A stretch of DNA of 64,000 nt from an uncultured archaeon (GTDB lineage Archaea > Asgardarchaeota > Heimdallarchaeia > Heimdallarchaeales > Heimdallarchaeaceae): contig CAZJUB010000003.1 in NCBI GenBank assembly GCA_964549075.1, forward strand, positions 24,283 through 88,282, in the 5' to 3' direction. The notes below the pieces were generated by a model. It searched no databases. It had not been told where the DNA came from and worked only from the letters and a program-made list of their open reading frames with translations. Below are positions 36,698 through 46,652 of this stretch, piece after piece (position 1 is the first letter of the stretch; each line of letters opens with the position of its first letter). The position numbers were made by a program, and so were the translations under genes.

Positions 36698-36909
36698 ATT
36701 GCTTTCTAACAAACCACATAATTTTATTGCTTATAATTATTTTGATGTTTCCCGTCACATAAGAAGGTCAGATTTTGTTTAGAAAGTTGCTTTTGTCTTA
36801 TATTTACAAGCTTTTGAATTATTTTTCTCAGCAAACATGTGAAAATGAGCATTTTGTGCATAATAACGAAACCTTTTAACATTGTTGAATTTTTTTCTTT
36901 TTAGTTCAA

Positions 36910-38847
36910 ATGATTGATCCAAATAATCTAGATTTTAAGAAATTAGGATTTCACGCAGGCTTAGAAGTTCATCATCAACTACGCTCAAATAGAAAATTAT
37001 TTTGTAATTGTCCTCTAATATTGGAGGAAGATCCTGAAAATATGGACTATAGTTTTTATAGATATTTTCGACCAGTATTAGGAGAAATGGGTGATTTTGA
37101 TCCAGGGATGCTCGTTGAATTTGAAAAAGGTTACAAAGTTATCTATCTTGCTAATGAACGAAATACTTGCACCTACGAGATGGATGAAACACCTCCATTC
37201 TTTCCAGATATGGAAGCAATTGAAAAAGGAATATCTCTTTCAGCTTATTTCCATTGTTCCGCTTATGCAGAGGAAGTAGTTGTAAATAGAAAACAATATC
37301 TAGATGGGTCAATTACAACTGGTTTCCAACGCACATTTATTTCTGCTCGCGATGGATGGGTTCCAGTTAAAGGTAAGAAAGTTCGAATTACTAATGTTCT
37401 TATTGAGGAAGATGCTGCAAGAAGGGTAAACTGGGATAATACTGCTAATAGAACTGTCTATTTTAATTTAGACAGATTAGGTATGCCATTAACTGAGGTA
37501 ATTACTGAATATACTGATGTAGATACACCAGAAGAATTGATCGAAACAGCCATGCAAATTGGGCGAGTACTTAGAATAAGTAAAATTGGACGACGAGGAT
37601 TAGGTAGTGCAAGACAAGATGTAAACATCAGCATTTCAGGTGGAGATAGAGCCGAAATCAAAGGTGTTCAAAATTTAGATCACTTTGATATTATGTGCCG
37701 ACATGAAGTTGTACGTCAACATGCTCTTATTGAGATAAAGAATGAAATGTTAGAGAGAGGAATTCAAAAAGAGGATTTTGAGCATACATATGTTGATATC
37801 AGTCATTTATTTGAGGACGATATGAAATATTTTGCTACAGTTTTTCCTAAAATGAAAGATCTTTTTGGGAGAGAAGTTCAGCCTAACAAAGATTTTGGTG
37901 AAGAAATTTTCGAGAAAAGTATGCTTATAACAGGGATTTTAAGAGAGCATCATTTTCATAGTGATGAACTAGTAGACAATGCAGTTAGAAAACGATCTGC
38001 TCATCCTTGTACTCTACCGATTAATAACGCTGTTCTGGAAAAAATAAAATCTATTGTTAAATTAAGTCCTGAAGATAGTTTAATTGTTGTAGCAGGTTCA
38101 GAGAGAAATGCTATGCACGCAATGAAGAAAATTGTGGAAAGAGTAAAGTTGGCTTTAAAAGGCGTTCCTCAAGAAACAAGACGTTATATGTATAATGGAA
38201 ATACAGAATTTCTTAGAGTTATTCATGGAAAAGATAGAATTTATCCAGATACTGATACACCTCCTGTTGTTATTTCTTTAGAGAGAGTTCACGAAATAGC
38301 TAAGAAGATTGGTAAGCGTCCATGGGAAGTATTTGCTGATTTGAATGAAAGATTCCAATTTGATCAGCAACATGTAGATTTGCTAATCAGAGATGAAAAA
38401 CTAAATATGTTCTATGAAATTGTAGATAAGGTTAGCTTAGATGCAAATTTGACATATAAACTGTTAATTGATTTGCCAAGAGAGCTACGAAGGAAAGAGA
38501 TAGAGATTAATAGTGAAATAATAATTAAATTGGTTAAATTATTGGCTGATAACATTATTATTCCTGAACAATTAGAATTAGCATTACCTTTTGTTATTGA
38601 AAAACCTGATATTACTGATGAAGAAATTAAGAGTAAACTTAATTTTAAGATTCTTAGTTCTGAAGAATTAGATAAAATTATAGCCAACCAACTAGAACTT
38701 TGTGGCAAAGATAAAATAATTTCTGCTGAAAATAGAAGACGGTTAATTCCAAAAATTGTTTTTCAAATTTTAAAGAAATGTAATTTTTCTGTTCCAGGTG
38801 AAAGAATAGTGGAAAAAATAAATCTAATGTTAAAGGAGGTAGACTGA
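36910..38847 (+). CDS. gatE: Glu-tRNA(Gln) amidotransferase subunit E
   Basis: GLEVHHQL..KLFCNCP, DGSITTGFQRT, LDRLGMPL.E, RRGLGSARQDVNISI and RIYPDTD.PP. Confidence 0.95.
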   Translation: MIDPNNLDFKKLGFHAGLEVHHQLRSNRKLFCNCPLILEEDPENMDYSFYRYFRPVLGEMGDFDPGMLVEFEKGYKVIYLANERNTCTYEMDETPPFFPDMEAIEKGISLSAYFHCSAYAEEVVVNRKQYLDGSITTGFQRTFISARDGWVPVKGKKVRITNVLIEEDAARRVNWDNTANRTVYFNLDRLGMPLTEVITEYTDVDTPEELIETAMQIGRVLRISKIGRRGLGSARQDVNISISGGDRAEIKGVQNLDHFDIMCRHEVVRQHALIEIKNEMLERGIQKEDFEHTYVDISHLFEDDMKYFATVFPKMKDLFGREVQPNKDFGEEIFEKSMLITGILREHHFHSDELVDNAVRKRSAHPCTLPINNAVLEKIKSIVKLSPEDSLIVVAGSERNAMHAMKKIVERVKLALKGVPQETRRYMYNGNTEFLRVIHGKDRIYPDTDTPPVVISLERVHEIAKKIGKRPWEVFADLNERFQFDQQHVDLLIRDEKLNMFYEIVDKVSLDANLTYKLLIDLPRELRRKEIEINSEIIIKLVKLLADNIIIPEQLELALPFVIEKPDITDEEIKSKLNFKILSSEELDKIIANQLELCGKDKIISAENRRRLIPKIVFQILKKCNFSVPGERIVEKINLMLKEVD

Positions 38848-40238
38848 TGACTGATAACAATACCAGCACAGAACCAGAGGGATATAGAGGTATTCTTCGA
38901 GAAAGACTCATAAGAGATAAAATCCGAACTTGGAGTAGAGTTGAAGTCAAGAAAGGGGATGCTCATTATGAAGGCTTACTCCTTCCACGTAGCCAACATA
39001 CTAACGATTACTATATAACTATCAAAGTTGATACTGGTTATAATTTGGGTATATTGGTTGATGATCAGACAACTGTCAAGGAAATTGGTTATCAAAAAGG
39101 TCATTATGAACTCCCACATGTAGACGTACAATTCAAAAAAGAATTTCCCGATGTGACTCTTTTAGGTACTGGTGGTACTGTAGCTTCAAGACTTGATTAT
39201 AGAACTGGTGCTGTACTCCCCGCTTTTACACCTGATGAATTATTTTCTGCTGTTCCTGAGTTGACTTCAACTGTTAATCTTACACCTAAAACTCTGTATC
39301 AAATACTTAGTGAAAATTTTAGACCCGAATATTGGGTAAAAACCGCGGAAGCAATAGCCAAAGAAATTGAATCTGGAACCGATGGAGTAGTAATAGGACA
39401 TGGAACTGATACTATGTGTGTTACTGGATGTGCTTTATCTTATTTCCTCAGAAATCTCTCTATTCCCGTTGTTTTGGTTGGAAGTCAAAGAAGTTCTGAC
39501 CGTCCTTCATCTGATGGGCCTAGAAATATTTTATATGCCTCAGAACTTGCAGGATACGAGAATTTTGCTGAAGTTACCATATGTATGCATGGAACACCAA
39601 GTGATAGTTACAATCTTATTCATAGGTCTACCCGTTGTAGAAAAATGCATTCTGCTAGAAGAGATACATTTAGAACGATAAGTGATACTCCTTTAGGTAA
39701 AATTGATGATAGTGGAGTTACATGGCTGAAAAAAGATATCAAACCACGCTCTTCAGCTGAAGATTTCTATCTAGACGCAAAGATAGACGAACGAGTTGGA
39801 ATGTTATACTTTTACCCAGGAATGAATCCTGATTTGCTGGAATCCATGGTGGATCTGGGATATCATGGAGTTGTTATCATTGGTACAGGATTAGGACATG
39901 TAGCTACTGATATCTATCCTGCTTTAGAGAGATGTCAAGAAGAAAAAATCCCTGTTATTATGGTGGTTGAACCTTTATATGGCTTTGTTCAACTTCGAGT
40001 ATATGAAACAGGTAGAGATATGCTTGCAAGAGGTGTAATCGAAGGAGAAAACATGTTACCTTCTGCTGCTTATACCAAATTAATTTGGACCTTAGGCCAT
40101 ACTAGAAATCTCGAAGAAGTTAGGAAGATTATGCTTACTAATATAGCCGGAGAAATCACAAAGAGAGAAAGTCCAAGAGGTTTTATGTTACATCAAGGGA
40201 CTGAACCAGGGATAGATTATATGCTCAAAAACCTTTAG
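38847..40238 (+). CDS. gatD: Glu-tRNA(Gln) amidotransferase subunit D
   Basis: TGGTVASRLDYRTG, HGTDTM, GSQRSSDRPSSD and RKMHSARRDTF. Confidence 0.96.
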   Translation: MTDNNTSTEPEGYRGILRERLIRDKIRTWSRVEVKKGDAHYEGLLLPRSQHTNDYYITIKVDTGYNLGILVDDQTTVKEIGYQKGHYELPHVDVQFKKEFPDVTLLGTGGTVASRLDYRTGAVLPAFTPDELFSAVPELTSTVNLTPKTLYQILSENFRPEYWVKTAEAIAKEIESGTDGVVIGHGTDTMCVTGCALSYFLRNLSIPVVLVGSQRSSDRPSSDGPRNILYASELAGYENFAEVTICMHGTPSDSYNLIHRSTRCRKMHSARRDTFRTISDTPLGKIDDSGVTWLKKDIKPRSSAEDFYLDAKIDERVGMLYFYPGMNPDLLESMVDLGYHGVVIIGTGLGHVATDIYPALERCQEEKIPVIMVVEPLYGFVQLRVYETGRDMLARGVIEGENMLPSAAYTKLIWTLGHTRNLEEVRKIMLTNIAGEITKRESPRGFMLHQGTEPGIDYMLKNL

Positions 40239-40294
40239 TTTTTTAAAATTGTGAATTCCAAAACTTTTTTGATATCTAACTTATCTTTTACTTA

Positions 40295-41641
40295 ATGCTC
40301 ATTAGCAACTACGATATCCGTTTATTCTATAAATGTCAAATGCATTTTTATTTAAACAAATATGGACCTGAGCAGGAGAGAGATGTTCATCCAATTCTTG
40401 GAAAACGTAAGCACAGATCTATTAAACTTCCTAGCACAGAGGAGATAAACGCAAATTCAATAAAAACCATTCAAAAAATGAAGGAGGGAAAAACTGCTAT
40501 AAATCAAGCATGGTTATATTCTGATCCTTACTTTACAAAAATTGATCGAATAATGAAAGTAGACAAACCAAGTGTTTTTGGCTCGTATTCATATATCCCA
40601 GTTTTTCTTCGCAATGTTAAACATGTTAGAAAGCCTTTGGTTATGGAAGGGATCCTCAATTCTTTAATTATTTCAAGAATACAAGAAACCAGAGTCAACC
40701 AATTTCTGATTCAAAGAAAAGAGGATTCTCTTAACATCGATGTAGAAGAGTATGAAGATGAACTGTTAGTTGATATAGAAAAAATCGAACAGATTCTTAA
40801 AGGGAAGATTAAGATTTCTCCTAATTATACACGAAATTGTAGAGTTTGTGAATGGAGAAAATATTGTAAGAAACTAGCTGAAGAGAAACTCGATTTAACT
40901 TTAATAAGTGGAATTGGTAAGCGAATTAAGAAACAATTAGAAGAACAGAATATTACAGATGTGCCAAGTTTAGCTCAAGCCTCTGGAGATTCCTTGCTTT
41001 TAGAAAATGTTACCCCTGAGCAAAAAGAATATTTTCTATTACAAGCACAATCTCTGATTGAAGAAAAGGAAAGAATAAGAGGAAAGTATGCTTTTCCTAA
41101 AAAGAAAATTGAGCTTTTTGTTGATTTGGAAGGTTCATCACACCATGATTTTGTTTGGATTATTGGTTGTCTAGTAAGAGAAGGGGGAAAGCACTATTAC
41201 AAACATTTTCTTGCTGAAACACCTAAAAAAGAAAAAGAAATTTTATCTTCATTTCTTAATTATATTGAGAGCTTGGGAAATGACTATGTTTTATATCATT
41301 GGTCTCTTGCTGAACCTCAATACTTTACAAATCTAGCTAAAAAATATAATGTGAACTTAGCTCGTATAAACAGACTTTTGGAAAATTCAATTGATCTTTT
41401 TCCTATTTTTAAGGATAAAATTATACTTCCCATTTATACTTATACTTTGAAAGAAGTTGCGAAATGGTTGGGGTTTGAGTGGTTTGAACCAATGGTTGAT
41501 GGTGCAACGAGTATTGTTCTTTTTGATAACTGGTATCTACATCGTGACAGAAAATCTCTGGATAGAGCAATCACTTATAACGATGATGATTGCAAAGCTT
41601 TGATGGTTATTAAAGACTATGTATCAAAGGTTCTCAACTAA
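40295..41641 (+). CDS. TM0106-family RecB/Cas4-like plus RNase H-like (YprB) nuclease
   Basis: N-terminal Cys plus CRVCEWRKYC, HhH (ISGIG), FVDLEG, YTLKEVA..LGF.W and YNDDDC. Confidence 0.82.
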   Translation: MLISNYDIRLFYKCQMHFYLNKYGPEQERDVHPILGKRKHRSIKLPSTEEINANSIKTIQKMKEGKTAINQAWLYSDPYFTKIDRIMKVDKPSVFGSYSYIPVFLRNVKHVRKPLVMEGILNSLIISRIQETRVNQFLIQRKEDSLNIDVEEYEDELLVDIEKIEQILKGKIKISPNYTRNCRVCEWRKYCKKLAEEKLDLTLISGIGKRIKKQLEEQNITDVPSLAQASGDSLLLENVTPEQKEYFLLQAQSLIEEKERIRGKYAFPKKKIELFVDLEGSSHHDFVWIIGCLVREGGKHYYKHFLAETPKKEKEILSSFLNYIESLGNDYVLYHWSLAEPQYFTNLAKKYNVNLARINRLLENSIDLFPIFKDKIILPIYTYTLKEVAKWLGFEWFEPMVDGATSIVLFDNWYLHRDRKSLDRAITYNDDDCKALMVIKDYVSKVLN

Positions 41642-41869
41642 ACATTAATCTGGTTTAAAGGGTGTCTAGTAAATTTATTTGTAAAATTACATATTAAGAA
41701 GAAATAGAAATTTAGAATGTCTTTATTTCATTTTAATTTAGCTTCTAATTGTATATAGAAATAGATATTTAAATACATAATAGAACTGCGCGTAGAATTG
41801 AATTAAGAATTAGTATAATAGTGGGAAATTCCGCTTTTAGCTAGTTTAAACCTATTAAGAGGAGATTGG

Positions 41870-42394
41870 ATGAGCTCAGCTACTCAACAAAAGAACGTGA
41901 ATTCTGATTTCAAAATAGATGAAAAAACAAAACAAAAATTAGATCAGATTATTACATCAGCAAATAAAGATAAGAGTAATCTTATTCAAATACTTCAAGA
42001 AACTCAAGATTTACTTAATTATCTACCTGAATCTGTTCTTGCCTATATATCTACTCAGCTTGATGTAACAGAACATTGGATTTATGGCGTTGCCACCTTC
42101 TATTCGCAGTTCAAGTTTATCAAACCTGGTAAACATATAATAAAAATCTGTATGGGTACCGCATGTCATGTCAGAGGAAGTAATAAAATCAAGGATAAAA
42201 TTGAGACTGAACTCAATGTGAAAGTAGGAGAAACAACAGAAGATGGTTTATTCAGTCTTGAGGAAGTGTTTTGTTTAGGTTGTTGTGCTTTGGCTCCTGT
42301 AATGGTTATTGATGATGAAGTGTTTGGTAGTCTCACTTCTGCTAAACTGAAGAGAATACTTACTAAATTTCAAAAAGAGGAGGAAGTACTTTGA
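41870..42394 (+). CDS. nuoE: NuoE/HydC-like [2Fe-2S] subunit
   Basis: VATFYSQF, CMGTACHVRG and CLGCCALAP. Confidence 0.9.
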   Translation: MSSATQQKNVNSDFKIDEKTKQKLDQIITSANKDKSNLIQILQETQDLLNYLPESVLAYISTQLDVTEHWIYGVATFYSQFKFIKPGKHIIKICMGTACHVRGSNKIKDKIETELNVKVGETTEDGLFSLEEVFCLGCCALAPVMVIDDEVFGSLTSAKLKRILTKFQKEEEVL

Positions 42395-44211
42395 AATCTG
42401 ACTCAAGTAAAAACGGAAGGAAAATACTGATCTGTGAAGGAACAGGTTGTCTGTCATCTAAATCTGATTTAATAAAAGATAGATTTGAGGAAGAACTAAA
42501 AAAAGCAGATGTTGAAGATGTGGAAGTTACCTTCACTGGGTGTCATGGTTTTTGTGCTCAAGGTCCAATAGTATCTGTTCTTCCAGAAGATACACTCTAT
42601 GTAAAAGTTAATGTTGAGGATGTACCAACTATAGTTGAATCTCATATTGTGAAAAATCAACCTGTTGAGAAATTATTTTATGAAGACCCAACCACACATA
42701 ACAAAATCGAGAGATATCATGATATATTATTTTATAAGAAACAACAGCGTCTAATTCTATCTCGATGTGGTCAAATCAATCCAGAGAGAATTCAAGAATA
42801 TATTGATACAGGTGGTTATATTGGTTTAGCAAAAGCTCTCAAATTGTCTCAGGAAGAAGTTATAAATTTAATAAAACAATCTGGACTAAGGGGAAGGGGA
42901 GGAGCAGGTTTTCCTACAGGTCTAAAATGGGAATTTTGCTATAAAGCTCAAGGTGAAGAAAAATATGTTGTTTGTAATGCTGATGAAGGGGATCCCGGAG
43001 CATTCATGGATAGAAGCATCTTAGAAGCTGATCCACATAGTGTATTGGAGGGAATGGCAATAGGAGCTTATGCAATTGGTTCTTCAAAAGGATTCATTTA
43101 TGTTAGAGCAGAATATCCGCTTGCGGTAAAAAGATTTAGAAAAGCAATTGAAACTGCTCGCTCCAAAGGTTATTTAGGAAATAACATACTTGGAAGTAGC
43201 TTTTCTTTTGATATTCAAGTAAAAGAAGGTGCAGGTGCATTTGTTTGTGGGGAAGAAACCGCGCTTATTGCGTCAATTGAGGGTAAGAGAGGTATGCCTG
43301 TATCTAAACCACCATTTCCTGCAGAACACGGATTGTGGGGGTACCCTACTAATATTAATAATGTAAAAACATGGGCTTTTGCATCATGGATTTTAAGAAA
43401 TGGTTATGAAGAATTCAGAAAAATTGGAACAGAATCTTCCCCTGGAACAGCAATCTTTTCCCTTACTGGAAAAATCAAGAACTCTGGTCTTATCGAGGTT
43501 CCAATGGGGACAAAATTGCGAGAGATTATTTATGAACTCGGTGGAGGAGTATTAGAGGATAAAGAATTTAAAGCTGTTCAGACCGGAGGACCTTCTGGAG
43601 GTTGTCTTCCTAAAGAACTACTTGACTTACCTGTAGATTTTGAATCATTTAAGGAAGCTGATTCAATCATGGGTTCTGGTGGAATGGTTGTTGTAGATGA
43701 AGATACATGTATAGTAGATTTAGCAAAATATTTCCTTCAATTTACTCAGTCAGAATCCTGTGGTAAATGTGTTCCTTGTAGAGTAGGTACAAAAGAGTTG
43801 CTTGATATTTGTACAAAAATAACTGAAGGAAAAGCAACACTTGAAGATTTAGACATGCTTGAAGAATTGGCTCATACCGTTGTAGATGGGAGTTTATGCA
43901 ATTTAGGTAAAACTGCACCGAATCCAGTAATTTCTACTTTACGATATTTCAAAGATGAATTTCTAGCACATATAGAAGAAAAACGATGTCCAGCAAAAGT
44001 GTGTAAAGAATTGATCAGTTATCAAGTAGTTGAAGATGCTTGTATTGGTTGTCAGAGATGTAAAAGAGAATGTCCTGTAGACGCAATAACTGGAGAGAAA
44101 AAAGGTCCTCATTTTATCGATGCAAGCATATGTATCAGATGTGGGCTCTGCTATGAAAACTGCCCAACGGATGCGATAATTAAAGTGGATAAGTTTGGTG
44201 AAGTAGCATGA
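42391..44211 (+). CDS. nuoF: NuoF/HydB-like FMN/NAD-binding subunit (long form)
   Basis: N-terminal thioredoxin-like [2Fe-2S], GRGGAGFPTG, NADEGDPGAFMD, GGPSGGC, CGKCVPCR, RCPAKVC and C-terminal 2x[4Fe-4S]. Confidence 0.92.
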   Translation: MKSDSSKNGRKILICEGTGCLSSKSDLIKDRFEEELKKADVEDVEVTFTGCHGFCAQGPIVSVLPEDTLYVKVNVEDVPTIVESHIVKNQPVEKLFYEDPTTHNKIERYHDILFYKKQQRLILSRCGQINPERIQEYIDTGGYIGLAKALKLSQEEVINLIKQSGLRGRGGAGFPTGLKWEFCYKAQGEEKYVVCNADEGDPGAFMDRSILEADPHSVLEGMAIGAYAIGSSKGFIYVRAEYPLAVKRFRKAIETARSKGYLGNNILGSSFSFDIQVKEGAGAFVCGEETALIASIEGKRGMPVSKPPFPAEHGLWGYPTNINNVKTWAFASWILRNGYEEFRKIGTESSPGTAIFSLTGKIKNSGLIEVPMGTKLREIIYELGGGVLEDKEFKAVQTGGPSGGCLPKELLDLPVDFESFKEADSIMGSGGMVVVDEDTCIVDLAKYFLQFTQSESCGKCVPCRVGTKELLDICTKITEGKATLEDLDMLEELAHTVVDGSLCNLGKTAPNPVISTLRYFKDEFLAHIEEKRCPAKVCKELISYQVVEDACIGCQRCKRECPVDAITGEKKGPHFIDASICIRCGLCYENCPTDAIIKVDKFGEVA

Positions 44212-45776
44212 TAGTAATAGATGGTAAAGAAATTGAATTTGAGGAAGGTAAAACTATCTTAGAGTTAGCGAGAGCGAACGATATATACATCCCTACTCTT
44301 TGTGATCATGAATATTTAGATTCTTTTGGAGCTTGTAGATTATGTTTAGTTCAGGTCGAAGGTATGAGAGGGTTCACAACTGCTTGTACAACCCCTGCCA
44401 AGAAAGACATGAAAGTTACTACAAATTCTGAAGAAATTAATAAACTTAGAAGATCGATTTACGAGTTAATTATGACTGAGCACCCCAATTCTTGTCTTGT
44501 CTGTAGTATGGCAGAATCTTGTAATGAGAGAAATTGTGGTCTTCAAAAATCTGGTCACATAACTGGTTGTCAAACTTGTCCTAATCGAGATAATTGTGAA
44601 TTAAGAATTGTTGGAGAAAAAATAGGTTTCGAAACTGTTAGATTTCCAACACTTTACAAAAGTTTGCCACTTGAACGATATGATCCATTCTTTGACCGAG
44701 ATTACAACATTTGTATTCTATGTGGTAGGTGTGTTAGAGTATGCCAAGATTTAGCTGGAGCAGGAGTACTAGTATTTACAAAGAGAGGTCACGAAACAAA
44801 AATTGGTACAGCTTTTGAGAAACCTCACATTTTAACAGAATGTAGATTTTGTGGAGCTTGTGTAGATGTATGCCCAACAGGAGCTCTTTCAGCAAGAAAT
44901 CAGAAATGGTATAGAGAACCAGATAATAGGATTATCACAACTTGTATGCTCTGTAGCAAAGGTTGTCAATTAGAGATGGAATCAAAATGGAATTACATTA
45001 TGTCAGTTAGACCTGATCCCGATCACATACCATCTCATTATAACATATGTGTTAAAGGTCGTTTCTGTCTTCCTGTACTATTTAATGATACTGAACGTCT
45101 AAAGCTTCCCTTAATTATGCGAACACACAAACAATTTCCCAGTAATTGGAGAGATGCAGCAAATACTGTAGCAAAAATCTTTAAGGAAACACCAGTAAAT
45201 GAAATTGCATTATATCTCAGTCCTTTCCTTACTGATGAAGCATTTTACCTCTTTAACAAGTTTGCTAAAGCTCTTGGATTGGAAAATGTTTTTACTTCTC
45301 AAGAAGAATTAGAAGTTATTCCTAAGAAGAAAATTAAAGTACTCTATACAACAGAAGGAGTTTTTGATTCCTCTATTTTAGATTCTCTTGAGTCTTATAT
45401 CTTACAAGATATCTTCCCTTCAACTGGATTTGAACAAGCAGCAGTAGTTTTACCTACTACTGCATTTACTGAAGAAAAAGGTTCAATTACGACCAAAGAA
45501 GGTGTTAGAAAAATAGAACCTATAGTTCCTGCTCCTGGATTAGCTCAACCAGATTGGAAAATACTATGTCAATTAGCAGAAGACCTTAATCTGTCAGGAT
45601 TTGAGTTCCAAAATACCGATGAAATCAATTCCGATATGATTAACTCTAATTATTCAGCTCCATTAAGGGAAATAGACAAATATTACTTGAATTATCGAGG
45701 AACAGCTATATCTGACAAAGTTCCTGATTTTGACATCTTGCTAAAAGCGAGAAAAAATAGGAAAACACCGTGGTGA
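44208..45776 (+). CDS. NuoG/FdhA-like Fe-S subunit with a truncated molybdopterin-fold domain
   Basis: IPTLC..CRLC [2Fe-2S], HxxxCxxC, CILCGRCVRVC, CRFCGACVDVCP and TCMLCSKGC..CVKG; only about 200 aa of the Mo-fold remain. Confidence 0.82.
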   Translation: MIVIDGKEIEFEEGKTILELARANDIYIPTLCDHEYLDSFGACRLCLVQVEGMRGFTTACTTPAKKDMKVTTNSEEINKLRRSIYELIMTEHPNSCLVCSMAESCNERNCGLQKSGHITGCQTCPNRDNCELRIVGEKIGFETVRFPTLYKSLPLERYDPFFDRDYNICILCGRCVRVCQDLAGAGVLVFTKRGHETKIGTAFEKPHILTECRFCGACVDVCPTGALSARNQKWYREPDNRIITTCMLCSKGCQLEMESKWNYIMSVRPDPDHIPSHYNICVKGRFCLPVLFNDTERLKLPLIMRTHKQFPSNWRDAANTVAKIFKETPVNEIALYLSPFLTDEAFYLFNKFAKALGLENVFTSQEELEVIPKKKIKVLYTTEGVFDSSILDSLESYILQDIFPSTGFEQAAVVLPTTAFTEEKGSITTKEGVRKIEPIVPAPGLAQPDWKILCQLAEDLNLSGFEFQNTDEINSDMINSNYSAPLREIDKYYLNYRGTAISDKVPDFDILLKARKNRKTPW

Positions 45777-45782
45777 TGATAA

Positions 45783-46652
45783 ATGTTGTATGAAATAATA
45801 AATAAAATAGAAGAAGTTCCAAATGTTTATCGAATTGAAATTTACGAACCTGATATTGCTAAAAAAGCTAAACCTGGACAATTTATAATTCTCATGTCTG
45901 ATGAAGTAAGTGAGCGAATTCCTATCTCCATCGCAGATACCTCTGATGAAACAATTACTGTCTTCGTTCAAGAACAAGGAATTTCATCAGCAAAAATAGC
46001 TAATATGCAAGCTGGGGAAGTGTTTTACAGTGTTGTTGGACCTTTAGGCCTTCCTGCTGTTATTGATAATTTTGGTACAGTTTTACTTGGAGGAGGGTGT
46101 TATGGTATAGGTGGAATTTATCCTTTAGCTAAAGCACTAAAGAAAGCAGGTAATAAAATCATCACTATACTTGAAGCTAGAAGCAGTTATCTTCTTTATT
46201 TCGAGGAGGAACTTAAAACTATCTCTGATGAGCTTTTTGTTGCAACTTCAGATGGAACTAAAGGTTTTACTGGACAAGTACATGATGTTGTAGATATACT
46301 CGTGAATGAGCGTAACTACAAATTTGATCATGCAAAATTCATAGGTTGCACATTTATGATGATGAATTGCTCAAATGCAACACTACCTTATAAAATACCT
46401 ACTATGGTAGCTTTGAATGCTATAATGTTAGATGGAACAGGTATGTGTGGGTGCTGTCGTGTAAGTGTTGGAGGAGAAACGAAGTTTGCCTGTGTTGATG
46501 GTCCTGAATTTGATGGACATGTGGTAGATTGGGATTTAATGATGAAAAGAAAAGGCTCATACTTACAAGAAGAGATGATGGCTTATCAGAAAGATCCTCA
46601 TGTTTGTAAAGCGTTAGAACAACTATATCTGGAAGGTGAATGCGATGACTGA
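45783..46652 (+). CDS. nfnA: NfnA/SudB FAD/NAD-binding [2Fe-2S] subunit
   Basis: KPGQF, ERIPISI, GPLG and DGTGMCGCCRV..FACVDGPEFD. Confidence 0.92.
   Translation: MLYEIINKIEEVPNVYRIEIYEPDIAKKAKPGQFIILMSDEVSERIPISIADTSDETITVFVQEQGISSAKIANMQAGEVFYSVVGPLGLPAVIDNFGTVLLGGGCYGIGGIYPLAKALKKAGNKIITILEARSSYLLYFEEELKTISDELFVATSDGTKGFTGQVHDVVDILVNERNYKFDHAKFIGCTFMMMNCSNATLPYKIPTMVALNAIMLDGTGMCGCCRVSVGGETKFACVDGPEFDGHVVDWDLMMKRKGSYLQEEMMAYQKDPHVCKALEQLYLEGECDD

Noticed and set aside
44208-45776. Calling this gene a formate dehydrogenase or [FeFe]-hydrogenase
   Set aside because: There are no H-cluster motifs, and the Mo/W-binding region with its catalytic Cys/Sec is missing.
45771-45782. TGA at the end of the NuoG/FdhA-like gene as possible selenocysteine read-through
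   Set aside because: The sequence is TGG TGA TGA TAA, three consecutive stops, and the position is not a catalytic site.
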